Positions 1-8,373 are shown, counted from the stretch's first letter. The stretch is DNA of 64,000 nt from Anaerolineae bacterium (GCA_040768605.1 JAXGMP010000004.1:176141-240140); one strand, 5' to 3'. The notes: generated by a model from the sequence alone, not told the origin. Numbers and translations are program-made.

Positions 1-90
1 CCAGTCGGGGACGTCCAGGCGCAGGGCGGTGTTGCCCAGCGGGTCCCAAGCCTCATAGAGCGTATGGAAATCGAGCCTAGAACTGCCCAT
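1..90 (-). CDS. partial ORF (first 30 codons, runs off the window edge); candidate immunity gene after an AHH-toxin C-terminal remnant
   Basis: ATG at 90-88 (MGSSRLDFHTLYEAWDPLGNTALRLDVPDW...) overlaps the TAG at 79-77 of the upstream remnant. The frame is open to nt 1 and third positions are mostly G/C. No family recognised. Confidence 0.3.
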   Translation of the reverse strand, partial: MGSSRLDFHTLYEAWDPLGNTALRLDVPDW

Positions 91-297
91 GAAAGCCGAA
101 CTCCTTGGCCAGCATGCGGGCCATGTCTAGAACTTCGTCCGCGGTCGGCGCCCGGCCGGCGGCCTCGAACTCGCCGAAGAACTCTGCCCATTCCTGTCCG
201 TAGCGCCAGCTCCAGCGCTGGTGCGCCGGCGTCTCCACCCAGGCGCCGTAGAGCGGGCGGGCTGGGGCGGCCGGCGCCCGCGGACGCCTGCGGGCGC
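77..297 (-). pseudogene. start-less remnant of an AHH-type toxin C-terminal domain
   Basis: My reverse-strand translation is ...LYGAWVETPAHQRWSWRYGQEWAEFFGEFEAAGRAPTADEVLDMARMLAKEFGFHGQF*. It aligns with the tail of the toxin at 4446-5465 (RWGAWVEASKHTH...PTLDNVIRFAEQLAAKFGIPWGYS). There is no in-frame start and no AHH motif. Confidence 0.5.
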
Positions 298-1002
298 CTA
301 CAGGTCCTCGACCCGCTGCTTGATGAAGCCCATATAGTACGCGCCATAGTCGCGGCCAGCCCAGCGCTCGCGGTCGTGCGGCTCCTCGCTGTGAATCTCC
401 TCGACCCGCGTGAAGCCAAAGTGCTTGGAATACCCGGCCCTCAGGGTGAGCTCCGCCACCTCGCGGGTACAGAACAGAAAGCCGTAATAGAGGACCCCAA
501 AGATGGAGGAGCCGTCCCAGCTGCTCTCGTCGATCTGGACGCCGTGCGGCAACGGCTCGGTGAGCTTCGGAAACGCATAGTCGTCGCTGCCGCAGACGGG
601 GCAGGGCGGGCCAAGGGGGGGCGGCTCCTCCAGGCGCACGAACGCGCTGGGCCGTACCAGGGCGTACTCGGGCACCTCGGTGGGGAAGGGCTTCTTGGTG
701 CGCTTGCTCCAGCCGATGACGTGGACGGGCGTGGCGCTAAAGCCGGTGAGGCCGTGGGCCTGCCAGAGGTCGATGAGATCCCTGCGGAAGACAAAGTGGA
801 GGCTGCTCACCGGCAGGGTATCGGCAAGGCCGCGCCGGCCGAGGTGGTCGATCACGGCGTCGTAGCTTGCTAGTTCCTCATCGATGAAAGCGCTACAGCC
901 CGGACACCTGTACCAGGGCGACTCGGTCAGCCGGCCGCAGGCGGTCAGCTGGGGGCGGTCTGCTATCGTGCTTCGCAGCGAGTAAAAGTACCTTGGCTTC
1001 AT
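298..1002 (-). CDS. putative polymorphic-toxin immunity protein with two CxxC motifs (paralog 3)
   Basis: Paralogous over its full length to 1080-1781 and 3718-4422. Carries CPGC and CPVCG and a conserved C-terminus QRVEDL*. AAGGAG sits 6 nt before the ATG at 1002. Resembles the 'double-CXXCG motif' paralogous family as I remember it. Confidence 0.7.
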   Translation of the reverse strand: MKPRYFYSLRSTIADRPQLTACGRLTESPWYRCPGCSAFIDEELASYDAVIDHLGRRGLADTLPVSSLHFVFRRDLIDLWQAHGLTGFSATPVHVIGWSKRTKKPFPTEVPEYALVRPSAFVRLEEPPPLGPPCPVCGSDDYAFPKLTEPLPHGVQIDESSWDGSSIFGVLYYGFLFCTREVAELTLRAGYSKHFGFTRVEEIHSEEPHDRERWAGRDYGAYYMGFIKQRVEDL

Positions 1003-1079
1003 GCTGTGCTCCTTCATCTGGCGATGAGGCTAGTGCACCCAGTCGATGTGCCCCCCTGCCGCGCGCCGCCCGGCGCCGT

Positions 1080-1781
1080 CTACAGGTCCTCGACCCGCTG
1101 CTTGTAGAAGCTATCCTGATAGTCGATGTACTCCTCGCGCGTCCAGCGGGCGCTGTCGTAGCGCGAGATGGTGCCATACTCCTCCAGGCGGGTGAAGCCG
1201 ACGTACTTTTTGAACCCGGCGCCCAGGGTGAGTTCGGCCACCTCCCGCGTGCAGAAGAGGAAGGAGTAGCCGAACAGGCCGAAAAAGTCGGAGCCGTCCC
1301 AGCTGGCCTCGTCGATGGCCGTGCCGTGGGGCAGCGGCGCGAGGTCCTTGGGGAAGGCGTATTCGGCACGGTGGCAGACGGGGCAGGGGCTCTCGGCGAG
1401 CGGCGGCTCCAGCAGGCGGACGAAGGAGGAGGCCTGCACCCAATAGTACTCGGGCACCTCGGTGGGGAAGGGCTTCTTGGTGCGCTTGCTCCACCCGGTG
1501 ACGTGGACGGGCATGGCGCTGAACCCGGTCAGGTCGTGGGCGCGCCACAGGGCGACCAGGTCCTGGCGGAGCACCAGCCAGAGGGACGCCACGGGCAAGA
1601 CCTCGGCGAAGCCGCGGCCGAGGTGGTCGATCACGGCGTGGTAGGCGTCGTGCTGCTCTTGGATGAGCCAGTTACACGCCGGGCAGCGGCGCACGCTCCG
1701 GTCAACGACTTTGCCGCTGGCGACGGCGCGTTCAAAGTCCCAGGGGGGACAGGTCAGGTGGTAGAAGCGACGGCTTTGCAT
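1080..1781 (-). CDS. putative immunity protein with two CxxC motifs (paralog 2)
   Basis: MQSRRFYHL...CPACNWL...CPVCHRAE...QRVEDL*. AGGAGG lies upstream of the ATG at 1781. The gene starts 23 nt after the orphan AHH C-terminal fragment, the same spacing as the toxin/immunity pair at 4446/4422. Confidence 0.75.
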   Translation of the reverse strand: MQSRRFYHLTCPPWDFERAVASGKVVDRSVRRCPACNWLIQEQHDAYHAVIDHLGRGFAEVLPVASLWLVLRQDLVALWRAHDLTGFSAMPVHVTGWSKRTKKPFPTEVPEYYWVQASSFVRLLEPPLAESPCPVCHRAEYAFPKDLAPLPHGTAIDEASWDGSDFFGLFGYSFLFCTREVAELTLGAGFKKYVGFTRLEEYGTISRYDSARWTREEYIDYQDSFYKQRVEDL

Positions 1782-1804
1782 CGGCCCTCCTTCGGATCGG
1801 GCGA

Positions 1805-2002
1805 TCAGGGCCCCCACGGGATGGTGTACTCAACAGCGAGCTGCTCGGCGAAGGCGATCGTCTGCTCGAGCGTCGGTTTGCTGATGCGACGCAACCACTC
1901 GGCCCAGCGGCGGTTGTAGTCTCCGTGCACGCCGCCCTTGGCGACGTGCCATGCCTTCTCCACCCAGGTGCCCCAGCGCGGGTCGTGGACGTTGATGCCC
2001 AT
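1805..2002 (-). pseudogene. orphan C-terminal fragment of an AHH nuclease toxin (lacks the catalytic AHH motif)
   Basis: MGINVHDPRWGTWVEKAWH...AFAEQLAVEYTIPWGP matches the last ~65 aa of 4446-5465. Homology also covers the upstream in-frame codons FQR and then stops. Confidence 0.6.
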
Positions 2003-2059
2003 CCTCTGGAACCGGTCCGCGCCCGGCTGGGCGCCCCTGGTCCGTCAGGGCGCGGCCCC

Positions 2060-2773
2060 TCACTTCTCCTCCGTCCCCTCCGGCGGCAGGATGTCGACCG
2101 TCATCACCGGCACCGCGCCGGGCGGCTGCTCGACCGAGACGCGCTCCACGCCCAGCGCCCGCCCCTCGGGGTCCGTGGCGGTGACCTGGGGGTAAAACTT
2201 GTGGGCCGGGTTGCCGGGCAGGGGGCCCAGGCGGCGCTCGGCGTCGGGGGGCAGGGGCTGGGCGTCGCGCCCGTCGATCTGCAGGAGAGCCTGGAGGCCG
2301 GAGCGGTTGCGGGCCAGGACGTAGAGGGCCGCCTGCGGGGGCTCCGGGCACTCCCCGCTGCCGACGCCAGCGCGGAACAGGTTGATCGGCCATCCCACCA
2401 GGCCGTCGCTCACGACGACCTCTAGCGGCACGGCGTTTCCCTCTTCGTCGGAGGCTTGCCAGTCGAGGGTGCAAGTCCCTGCGCCCGTCGCGTGCGGTGG
2501 GCGCACACTGCAGGGCTGGATCTCCCACAGCCAGTCCGGGTCGGCGTGGTACCGGACGCGCACCACACGGGCAGTGTGGTTCTCAAAGATCACGGTACAG
2601 GCCGGATCACACCCCGCCGCGGCGCAGGCGATGGCGGCCGCAAGCGCGCAGCCCAGCGCGGCAGCCCAATACCGGGTGGGCGTTCTAGGAGAGGTTCCAT
2701 ACACTGGGCAGCAGCCAGCCCCGATCGCGCTCGTGGACCTTGCGCACTTGCTGGGCTTGCGTCTCATAGGCAT
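2060..2773 (-). CDS. hypothetical protein, probably a lipoprotein (start uncertain)
   Basis: Internal hydrophobic segment ending in a lipobox-like AAAGC. An in-frame GTG just before it is an alternative start. No family recognised. Confidence 0.45.
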   Translation of the reverse strand: MPMRRKPSKCARSTSAIGAGCCPVYGTSPRTPTRYWAAALGCALAAAIACAAAGCDPACTVIFENHTARVVRVRYHADPDWLWEIQPCSVRPPHATGAGTCTLDWQASDEEGNAVPLEVVVSDGLVGWPINLFRAGVGSGECPEPPQAALYVLARNRSGLQALLQIDGRDAQPLPPDAERRLGPLPGNPAHKFYPQVTATDPEGRALGVERVSVEQPPGAVPVMTVDILPPEGTEEK

Positions 2774-2800
2774 TCCCCCCGTCGTACTTGAGCGCTGGCC

Positions 2801-3421
2801 CTAAGCGCGCAGCGTCGGCCGCTGGGCGGCCGGGCGCTCCCAGATGACGTCGTTCTCCTCATCGTAGGCGCCCAGCACCACGAACTCGGTGCGGGCGGCC
2901 AGCAGCGCGATCACCTCGGCGCCCACCCACTCTGAGTGACGGAGCGGCGGGTGCTCGTCGGGCAGCGAGGTCAGCAGGGCAATGAAGGGGTACAGAAGGC
3001 CATACTCCTCCAGGTCGCGCAGGGCGCGGCGCTCTGGACGGCGGGGGCCGGCCAGGAAGAGATGCATGTCGATCTCGCCCTCGTGGAGGAAGAAGGGCAC
3101 CCGTAGCTCCTCCACAGCGGGCCACGACAGCCGCAGCTGCGAGGGTGCGACCACACAGCGCGACGGATGGCCGGCAAGGTAGTCGGCCAGGACCTCGTCC
3201 TCCCAGTGGTAGTCCGCGTCGCCCCACGGTTCCAGCATTCCGGACGGCAGCCGCCGGACCGCCTCGTCGCGGGCGAGGTGGTCCGGCACGCGGGTCCACA
3301 CGCGCCCGCCTTCGATCGGCAGCAACGCGAGGCACTTGCCGATCGGCAACACGGAGTGGGAGACGACCTGGCGCACCCACCTCAGCCCTACTTCTCCCAG
3401 ATCGTAAGTGACGAGGCCCAT
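2801..3421 (-). CDS. hypothetical protein; candidate immunity partner of the 3430-3684 toxin-tip remnant
   Basis: This is the 3' part of the chimeric 544-aa track ORF. The ATG at 3421 (MGLVTYDLGEVG...) lies 9 nt after the stop of the upstream fragment. Composition is acidic and non-repetitive. Confidence 0.5.
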   Translation of the reverse strand: MGLVTYDLGEVGLRWVRQVVSHSVLPIGKCLALLPIEGGRVWTRVPDHLARDEAVRRLPSGMLEPWGDADYHWEDEVLADYLAGHPSRCVVAPSQLRLSWPAVEELRVPFFLHEGEIDMHLFLAGPRRPERRALRDLEEYGLLYPFIALLTSLPDEHPPLRHSEWVGAEVIALLAARTEFVVLGAYDEENDVIWERPAAQRPTLRA

Positions 3422-3429
3422 GGCGCTGT

Positions 3430-3684
3430 TCACCTCCGCTTCGTGTCGAACGTGCCGTCCAGGTAGAGCCGAAATCGCAGGATGCCGCGCACATAGTCCC
3501 AATGGGGAGCGTGGTCCGCGGCCGACAAGTGCGGGTGCAGGCTCTCCTTGCTCGCTGCGCGAGGGTATGCGCCCAAACCACTGGCGGGTTCGCCATACCC
3601 CCGCCACTCCCACTCGCCGGAGGGCACCACACCGGCATAGTACGCCGGGGCAGTGTGAGGGCGAGTGGCGGCGCCTTTGCCCAA
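3430..3684 (-). pseudogene. possible orphan toxin C-terminal fragment of a second, unrecognised type
   Basis: 84-aa ORF with GC-rich third positions (...HWDYVRGILRFRLYLDGTFDTKRR*). It sits between an immunity gene and a tightly spaced downstream ORF. No motif recognised. Confidence 0.35.
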
Positions 3685-3717
3685 GTGCGCCCCCCGCCGT
3701 GCGCCGCCTGGCGCTGT

Positions 3718-4422
3718 CTACAGGTCCTCGACCCTGCGTTTGTAGAAGCTCTCGTAATAGTTGGCGTACTCCTCGTGCGTCCAGCGGGCGCTGTCGTAGA
3801 TCTCCCGTGTGGCAAACTCCTCGAGCCGCATGAAGGCGAGATGCTTGTTGTATCCGGCGCGCAGGGTGAGCTCGGCCACCTCTCGTGTGCATATGAGGAG
3901 AGAGTAGCCGAAGACGCCGAAAAAGTCGGAGCCGTCCCAGCTGGCCTCGTCTATGGCCGTGCCGTGGGGCAGCGGCGCGAGGTCCTTGGGGAAGGCGTAT
4001 TCGGCACGGTGGCAGACGGGGCAGGGGCTCTCGGCGAGCGGCGGCTCGAGCAGGCGGACGAAGGAGGTGGCCTGCACCCAATAGTACTCGGGCACCTCGG
4101 TGGGGAAGGGCTTCTTGGTGCGCTTGCTCCAGCCGGTGACGTGGACGGGCGTGGCGCTGAAACCGGTCAGGCCGTGGGCGCGCCACAGGTCGACCAGGTC
4201 CTGGCGGAGCACCAGCCAGATGTCCGCCACATGGAGGACGTCGACAAAGCCGCGGCGGCCGAGGTGGTCGATCACGGCGTGGTAGGCGTCGTGCTGCTCC
4301 TCGATGAAGCGGTTGCACGCCGGGCAGGGGTGCCCGCTCCAGTCGGTCACTCTGCCACTCGCCATGAGATGCGTTTCGTCTACCACCGTGCTCCACAGGA
4401 TGTAGAACCGGCGCTCTTGCAT
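3718..4422 (-). CDS. putative cognate immunity protein with two CxxC motifs (paralog 1)
   Basis: MQERRFYIL...CPACNRF...CPVCHRAE...RRVEDL*. GGAGGT lies before the ATG at 4422, 23 nt downstream of the toxin stop. Confidence 0.75.
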   Translation of the reverse strand: MQERRFYILWSTVVDETHLMASGRVTDWSGHPCPACNRFIEEQHDAYHAVIDHLGRRGFVDVLHVADIWLVLRQDLVDLWRAHGLTGFSATPVHVTGWSKRTKKPFPTEVPEYYWVQATSFVRLLEPPLAESPCPVCHRAEYAFPKDLAPLPHGTAIDEASWDGSDFFGVFGYSLLICTREVAELTLRAGYNKHLAFMRLEEFATREIYDSARWTHEEYANYYESFYKRRVEDL

Positions 4423-4445
4423 GGTACCTCCACATCCAGGACGGA

Positions 4446-5465
4446 TCAGCTGTATCCCCAGGGGATGCCGAACTTGGCAGCCAGCTGCTCGGCGAACCGG
4501 ATCACATTGTCCAGTGTCGGGTGTTCGTTGCTCACGAACCAGTCCTGCCATAGTTTGTTGTACCCACTCGGGTGCAGGCCGCCCCGATGTGTATGTTTGC
4601 TAGCCTCCACCCAGGCGCCCCAGCGCGGGTCGTGGACGTTGATGCCCATCCTTTGGAACTGCTCCGCGAACTGCTTGGGCAGCATGTGGTGGGCGTGGTA
4701 CTCGCCTCCGGTCGGCTTGGGCACCCGGTGCCCCAGGTTCGCGCGGAAGTTCCCCGCCCCGTAGGTCGGTACCCGCGGCGGTCGCCCCGCTGTGGCGGCC
4801 ACGATGGAGACCCCGTAGGCCGCCTCCGCAACGGCGACCGCATCGACCGCCAGCACCACCGGCACGGCGACCACCGCCGCGGCGCCGCCACTGGCCGCCG
4901 TGACGATGGCGCCCCCGCCGGTGACCGTCAGCGCGGTAGCCAGGCCGTGGGCGGTCAGGGCCATGCCCACGCCCTGCGCCACCCGGGCACCCGCCGCGGC
5001 CCCGCGCTGAAAGTCGTACTGCTGCTCTTGCTCCCAGTCGCGCAGGACGCGGCCGGTGATGCCCCAGGTCATGTCGTTCAGGATGCCGTAGCCGGCACCC
5101 AGCGAGAAGTGCAGCCAGGCGGGCAGGTTGCCGCTGGGGTCATTGTACTTGAGCGGGTTGCCCAGCACATAGGAGTAGCGGTTGAGCGACTGCGGGTTCT
5201 GGTAAGAGGGCACCAGCGGGTCGGGCTGGAGGAAGCGCCCGGTAGTAGGGTCGTACCAGCGGGCGCGATAGTGGTAGATGCCGCCGAGGGAATCCGCCTC
5301 CCACTGGCCGGTGTAGCGGTAGGCAGTGGCGACGGTGCCGCTGCCGCGCCGGGCGCCGTAGGGCAGGTAGCGCTGGGTGGCGATGCGGGCGCCGGTGGTG
5401 TTAGTCGTCGAGGAGAGGTGGTCGGCGTGCAGGGTGGTCACCCCGGCGCTGTCGCGCATGGCCAC
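4446..5465 (-). CDS. N-terminally truncated RHS-repeat tail fused to an AHH (HNH/EndoVII-superfamily) nuclease toxin domain
   Basis: RHS-type repeats (YRYTGQWEADSLGGIYHYRARWYDPTTGRFLQPDP). Core-end motif NPLKYNDPSGN (DPSGN at 5141-5127). A Gly/Ala-rich linker, then GGEYHAHHMLP (AHH at 4694-4686). The frame is closed by a TAG about 20 nt upstream of the first ATG, so only about 110 aa of RHS core remain. Confidence 0.75.
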   Translation of the reverse strand: MAMRDSAGVTTLHADHLSSTTNTTGARIATQRYLPYGARRGSGTVATAYRYTGQWEADSLGGIYHYRARWYDPTTGRFLQPDPLVPSYQNPQSLNRYSYVLGNPLKYNDPSGNLPAWLHFSLGAGYGILNDMTWGITGRVLRDWEQEQQYDFQRGAAAGARVAQGVGMALTAHGLATALTVTGGGAIVTAASGGAAAVVAVPVVLAVDAVAVAEAAYGVSIVAATAGRPPRVPTYGAGNFRANLGHRVPKPTGGEYHAHHMLPKQFAEQFQRMGINVHDPRWGAWVEASKHTHRGGLHPSGYNKLWQDWFVSNEHPTLDNVIRFAEQLAAKFGIPWGYS

Positions 5466-5638
5466 CCGCTGGCCGGCAAAGGCTTTCTAGGGATGTTAAG
5501 GTGCACACTGGTCGCTAGGCGTTGCCAGTGTACTTGACATGGTCGTATGCTACGCTAGGCGAAGCCGGGGCGCAAGATGCGCGCGGGCAGGAAATCCTTC
5601 CAGCCCGCGCGCCTGGGAACCGGCGCTCAGCAAGCCCC

Positions 5639-6337
5639 TCACTCCGTCAGCACGAAGGAGGCCACGATCAGGTCGGCCGCCTCTTCCTCCGCCGCGCTCA
5701 GCGTCTGCCCGCGTGAGACGTCCCCCCGCAGGTCGAGCGACACGGTGAAAGCGCGCCCGTCCCGCTCTATCTCGCGGGCCGCGTCGTACAGCACGCCGTG
5801 GTGCTGCCCCTGGGCCACCAGCACCACCCGGTCGACCTCCTCACCGAGGAACAGGACGCTCCCCATGGTCAGCAGGTCCCCCGAGCCGACGCCGGTGCGC
5901 GTGATCTGCTGGTCCTCCGCGGTGCGCTTGAAGGCGATGCTCAGCATCCCGAGCGACCCGGCCGGCGGCTCCAGCTGGACGAGGTGGTCCACCATGGTCG
6001 AGGGGGGCGCGGGCGGCGGCAGAACGGTCCAGTCGGGCGGGTAACGGAAGGAGAAGCCGTAGGCCGTGCTCGCCCAGGTTGGCCAGCCGGCATAGTCGAA
6101 CGGCGTCGGCGTCGGGGCCGGCGGCGGGGCGCTGGGCGCGGGGAGGGCGCTGGGCGCGGGGAGGGCAGTGGGCGCCGGGGTGGCGGTCGGGGGCGCCGTT
6201 TCCCGCGCCGGCACCGCCGTCGGCCTCTCTGCCGACGGCGGCGGGGGCGGGGTAGGGCGCGGCGCCAACGCCGCGCAGCCGCTCAGCGCCAGGGTCACCG
6301 CGAGCGACAGGCTCAGCACGAACAGGGGCGTCCTCAT
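5639..6337 (-). CDS. hypothetical lipoprotein with a Pro/Ala-rich linker
   Basis: MRTPLFVLSLSLAVTLALSGC lipoprotein signal, followed by a P/A/T-rich low-complexity stretch and a globular C-terminus. Confidence 0.6.
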   Translation of the reverse strand: MRTPLFVLSLSLAVTLALSGCAALAPRPTPPPPPSAERPTAVPARETAPPTATPAPTALPAPSALPAPSAPPPAPTPTPFDYAGWPTWASTAYGFSFRYPPDWTVLPPPAPPSTMVDHLVQLEPPAGSLGMLSIAFKRTAEDQQITRTGVGSGDLLTMGSVLFLGEEVDRVVLVAQGQHHGVLYDAAREIERDGRAFTVSLDLRGDVSRGQTLSAAEEEAADLIVASFVLTE

Positions 6338-6367
6338 GGGGGTTCCTTTCGCCCCCGGCGGGCGGGC

Positions 6368-7084
6368 CTACCACACGCCGGGCAGCAACCGGTAACGCAC
6401 GCTCTGCGCATACTCAGCATACCCAGGGAGCGCGGCGCGCAGGGTCCGGTCTTCTAGCACCGTGCGCACCGCCAGGAGCAGCGCCGCCAGCCCCCCGGGC
6501 AGCAGCCCCCACAGCGACCCGAGCACCAGCGGGCGGGCCAGCTCGGTCACGATGCCGCTCAGGTAGCCGGGGTGCCGCAGCACGGCGTAGGGCCCCGCGG
6601 TGACCACCCGCTGCCCGCGGTCCTCCTGGATGCGCACCACGTTCGAGTAATAGCGGTTGGCCCGCATCACCCAGATCTGCAGCGCCCAGGCCGCCACGTA
6701 CACCGCCAGCGCCGCGATCTGCAGCCACACCGCCACCGGCGCCGACCAGCCCAAGCGCCGGTCGAGCCCCGGCACCACCAAGCTCACCAGGCCCGAGAGC
6801 GTCCCGTACACGGCGAACAGGGCTCTATCCCAGGGGGCCTGTCCCTTCTTGCCGCGGCGGGTGCGCTCGGCGAGGAGGTCCGGGTCAGCCACGAACACCG
6901 GCACGACGGCGACGACCAGGTACACGCCGAACACGGCCCAGCCCATCGCCCAGCGCAGGGTGCCGGCCGAGCCAAAGAGGAGCGCGGCGATCAGCACCAG
7001 CCCCACGCCGCCCTTCCACAACCAGGTGCGCACGCCCTCCGGCAGGCCGCCGGCGGAGGGTTCTCGCTGCATAGTGGGGGCCAT
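6368..7084 (-). CDS. ICMT/PEMT-like membrane methyltransferase family protein
   Basis: Multi-pass membrane protein with GPYAVLRHPGYLSG, typical of isoprenylcysteine carboxyl methyltransferase-like proteins. ATG at 7084 (MAPTMQ). The longer track ORF is an Arg/Pro-rich extension. Confidence 0.6.
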   Translation of the reverse strand: MAPTMQREPSAGGLPEGVRTWLWKGGVGLVLIAALLFGSAGTLRWAMGWAVFGVYLVVAVVPVFVADPDLLAERTRRGKKGQAPWDRALFAVYGTLSGLVSLVVPGLDRRLGWSAPVAVWLQIAALAVYVAAWALQIWVMRANRYYSNVVRIQEDRGQRVVTAGPYAVLRHPGYLSGIVTELARPLVLGSLWGLLPGGLAALLLAVRTVLEDRTLRAALPGYAEYAQSVRYRLLPGVW

Positions 7085-7271
7085 CGGTAGGTCCTTTCCG
7101 CGTGCCCCAGGGGCCGGGCGCCCCCGGGGTGAGTTGCCCGCACCATAGCACGCCTGCCGGCCGGGCGCATCCGCCGGCCGGCAGGTCCAGACCCCCGCCA
7201 CCCGGGCGGTTCGCCGTCCAGCGGCCGCCTGGCCGCCCGGCGGGCCGCGTCCCGCGCGGCCCCGCAGCGGG

Positions 7272-8369
7272 CTACACGCCGACGGCGGCCCGCTCCGCCG
7301 GATGGGGCGCCGGGGCGCCGGCGAAGCACTTGACCTCATGCCCCGGCACCGCCACGCGCGCCCGCGGCCCCTCACAGCGCAAGGGCGCGTCGACCAGGAC
7401 CATCTCTTCCCCGACGGCGATGCAGTGCCGGTAGGTGGAGCCGACGAAAAAGACCTCCACCAGGTCCCCCTCGAGGATCACCGCATCGGCCGCCGCGGGC
7501 GCCTCCCCGGGGGCCAAGAGGGCCGCCGCGTCCGCCTTGAATACCACCGTCACCGGGCCGCCCGCCTCGGCCCCCTCCACAGCGCCCGGGATGGTGGCGC
7601 CGGCGGCCTCCACCGCCCGCCCGTCGGGCGCCAGGCGCCCGGCCAGCACGTTGGTGACGCCGAGGAACTCGGCCACAAAGGCGGTGCTCGGGGTGCGATA
7701 GATCTCTTCCGGCGTGCCCACCTGCCTCACCAGGCCAGAGTCCATCACCACCACCTGGTCGGCCATCGAGAGGGCCTCCTCCTGGTCGTGGGTGACGTAG
7801 ATCGTCGTGATGCCCACCTGCCGCTGCAGGCGGCGCACCTCCACGCGCAGGCGCTGGCGCACTTTGGCGTCCAGGTTGGAGAGGGGCTCGTCAAGCAGCA
7901 GCACCTTGGGCCGCACGACCAGCGCGCGGGCCAGGGCGATGCGCTGCTGCTGCCCGCCTGAGAGGGCCGTCGGCTTGCGCTCGAGGATGTCGGGTGACGA
8001 CATCATCTCCACCATCTCCAGCACCTGAACCACCCGCTGCCGCACCTCGTCGGCCGGCACCTTGCGCAGCCGCAGGCCATAGGCCACGTTGTCATAAATG
8101 CTCATGTGCGGCCAGAGGGCATAGTTCTGGAAGACCATGGCCGTCCCGCGCGTCTGCGGGGAGGTGTTGGTGACGTCTTCGTCGCCGAACGTGATCGTCC
8201 CCGCGTCCGGCTCCAAGAAGCCGGCGATGCAGCGCAGAAGCGTCGTCTTGCCGCAGCCCGAGGGGCCCAGGATGGCCGTCAGCCCACCATCGACGAAGGA
8301 TAGATCGATGCTGCGCAGCGCCTCGACCTTGCCGTACGATTTGCGGAGCGACCGCACCGTGACTTCCAT
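7272..8369 (-). CDS. ABC transporter ATP-binding protein (PotA/FbpC-like)
   Basis: Walker [10 protein letters not shown], signature LSGGQQQR, Walker B LLLDEPLS, and a C-terminal regulatory (TOBE-like) extension. Confidence 0.9.
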   Translation of the reverse strand: MEVTVRSLRKSYGKVEALRSIDLSFVDGGLTAILGPSGCGKTTLLRCIAGFLEPDAGTITFGDEDVTNTSPQTRGTAMVFQNYALWPHMSIYDNVAYGLRLRKVPADEVRQRVVQVLEMVEMMSSPDILERKPTALSGGQQQRIALARALVVRPKVLLLDEPLSNLDAKVRQRLRVEVRRLQRQVGITTIYVTHDQEEALSMADQVVVMDSGLVRQVGTPEEIYRTPSTAFVAEFLGVTNVLAGRLAPDGRAVEAAGATIPGAVEGAEAGGPVTVVFKADAAALLAPGEAPAAADAVILEGDLVEVFFVGSTYRHCIAVGEEMVLVDAPLRCEGPRARVAVPGHEVKCFAGAPAPHPAERAAVGV

Positions 8370-8373
8370 GCCC

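Noticed and set aside
2801-4435. 544-aa ORF in the track
   Set aside because: It is chimeric. Its 5' two-thirds is an out-of-frame, Arg/Pro-rich read through the immunity gene at 3718-4422. Only the part from the ATG at 3421 looks coding.
5534-5560. TTGACA box on the plus strand between the rhs stub and the lipoprotein gene
   Set aside because: No properly spaced -10 element follows, and there is no plus-strand gene downstream.
7154-7184. Stem-loop CTGCCGGCCGG-N9-CCGGCCGGCAG after the ABC ATPase gene as an intrinsic terminator
   Set aside because: It is a good 11-bp stem but has no U-tract on the transcribed strand, so it was not annotated as a terminator.
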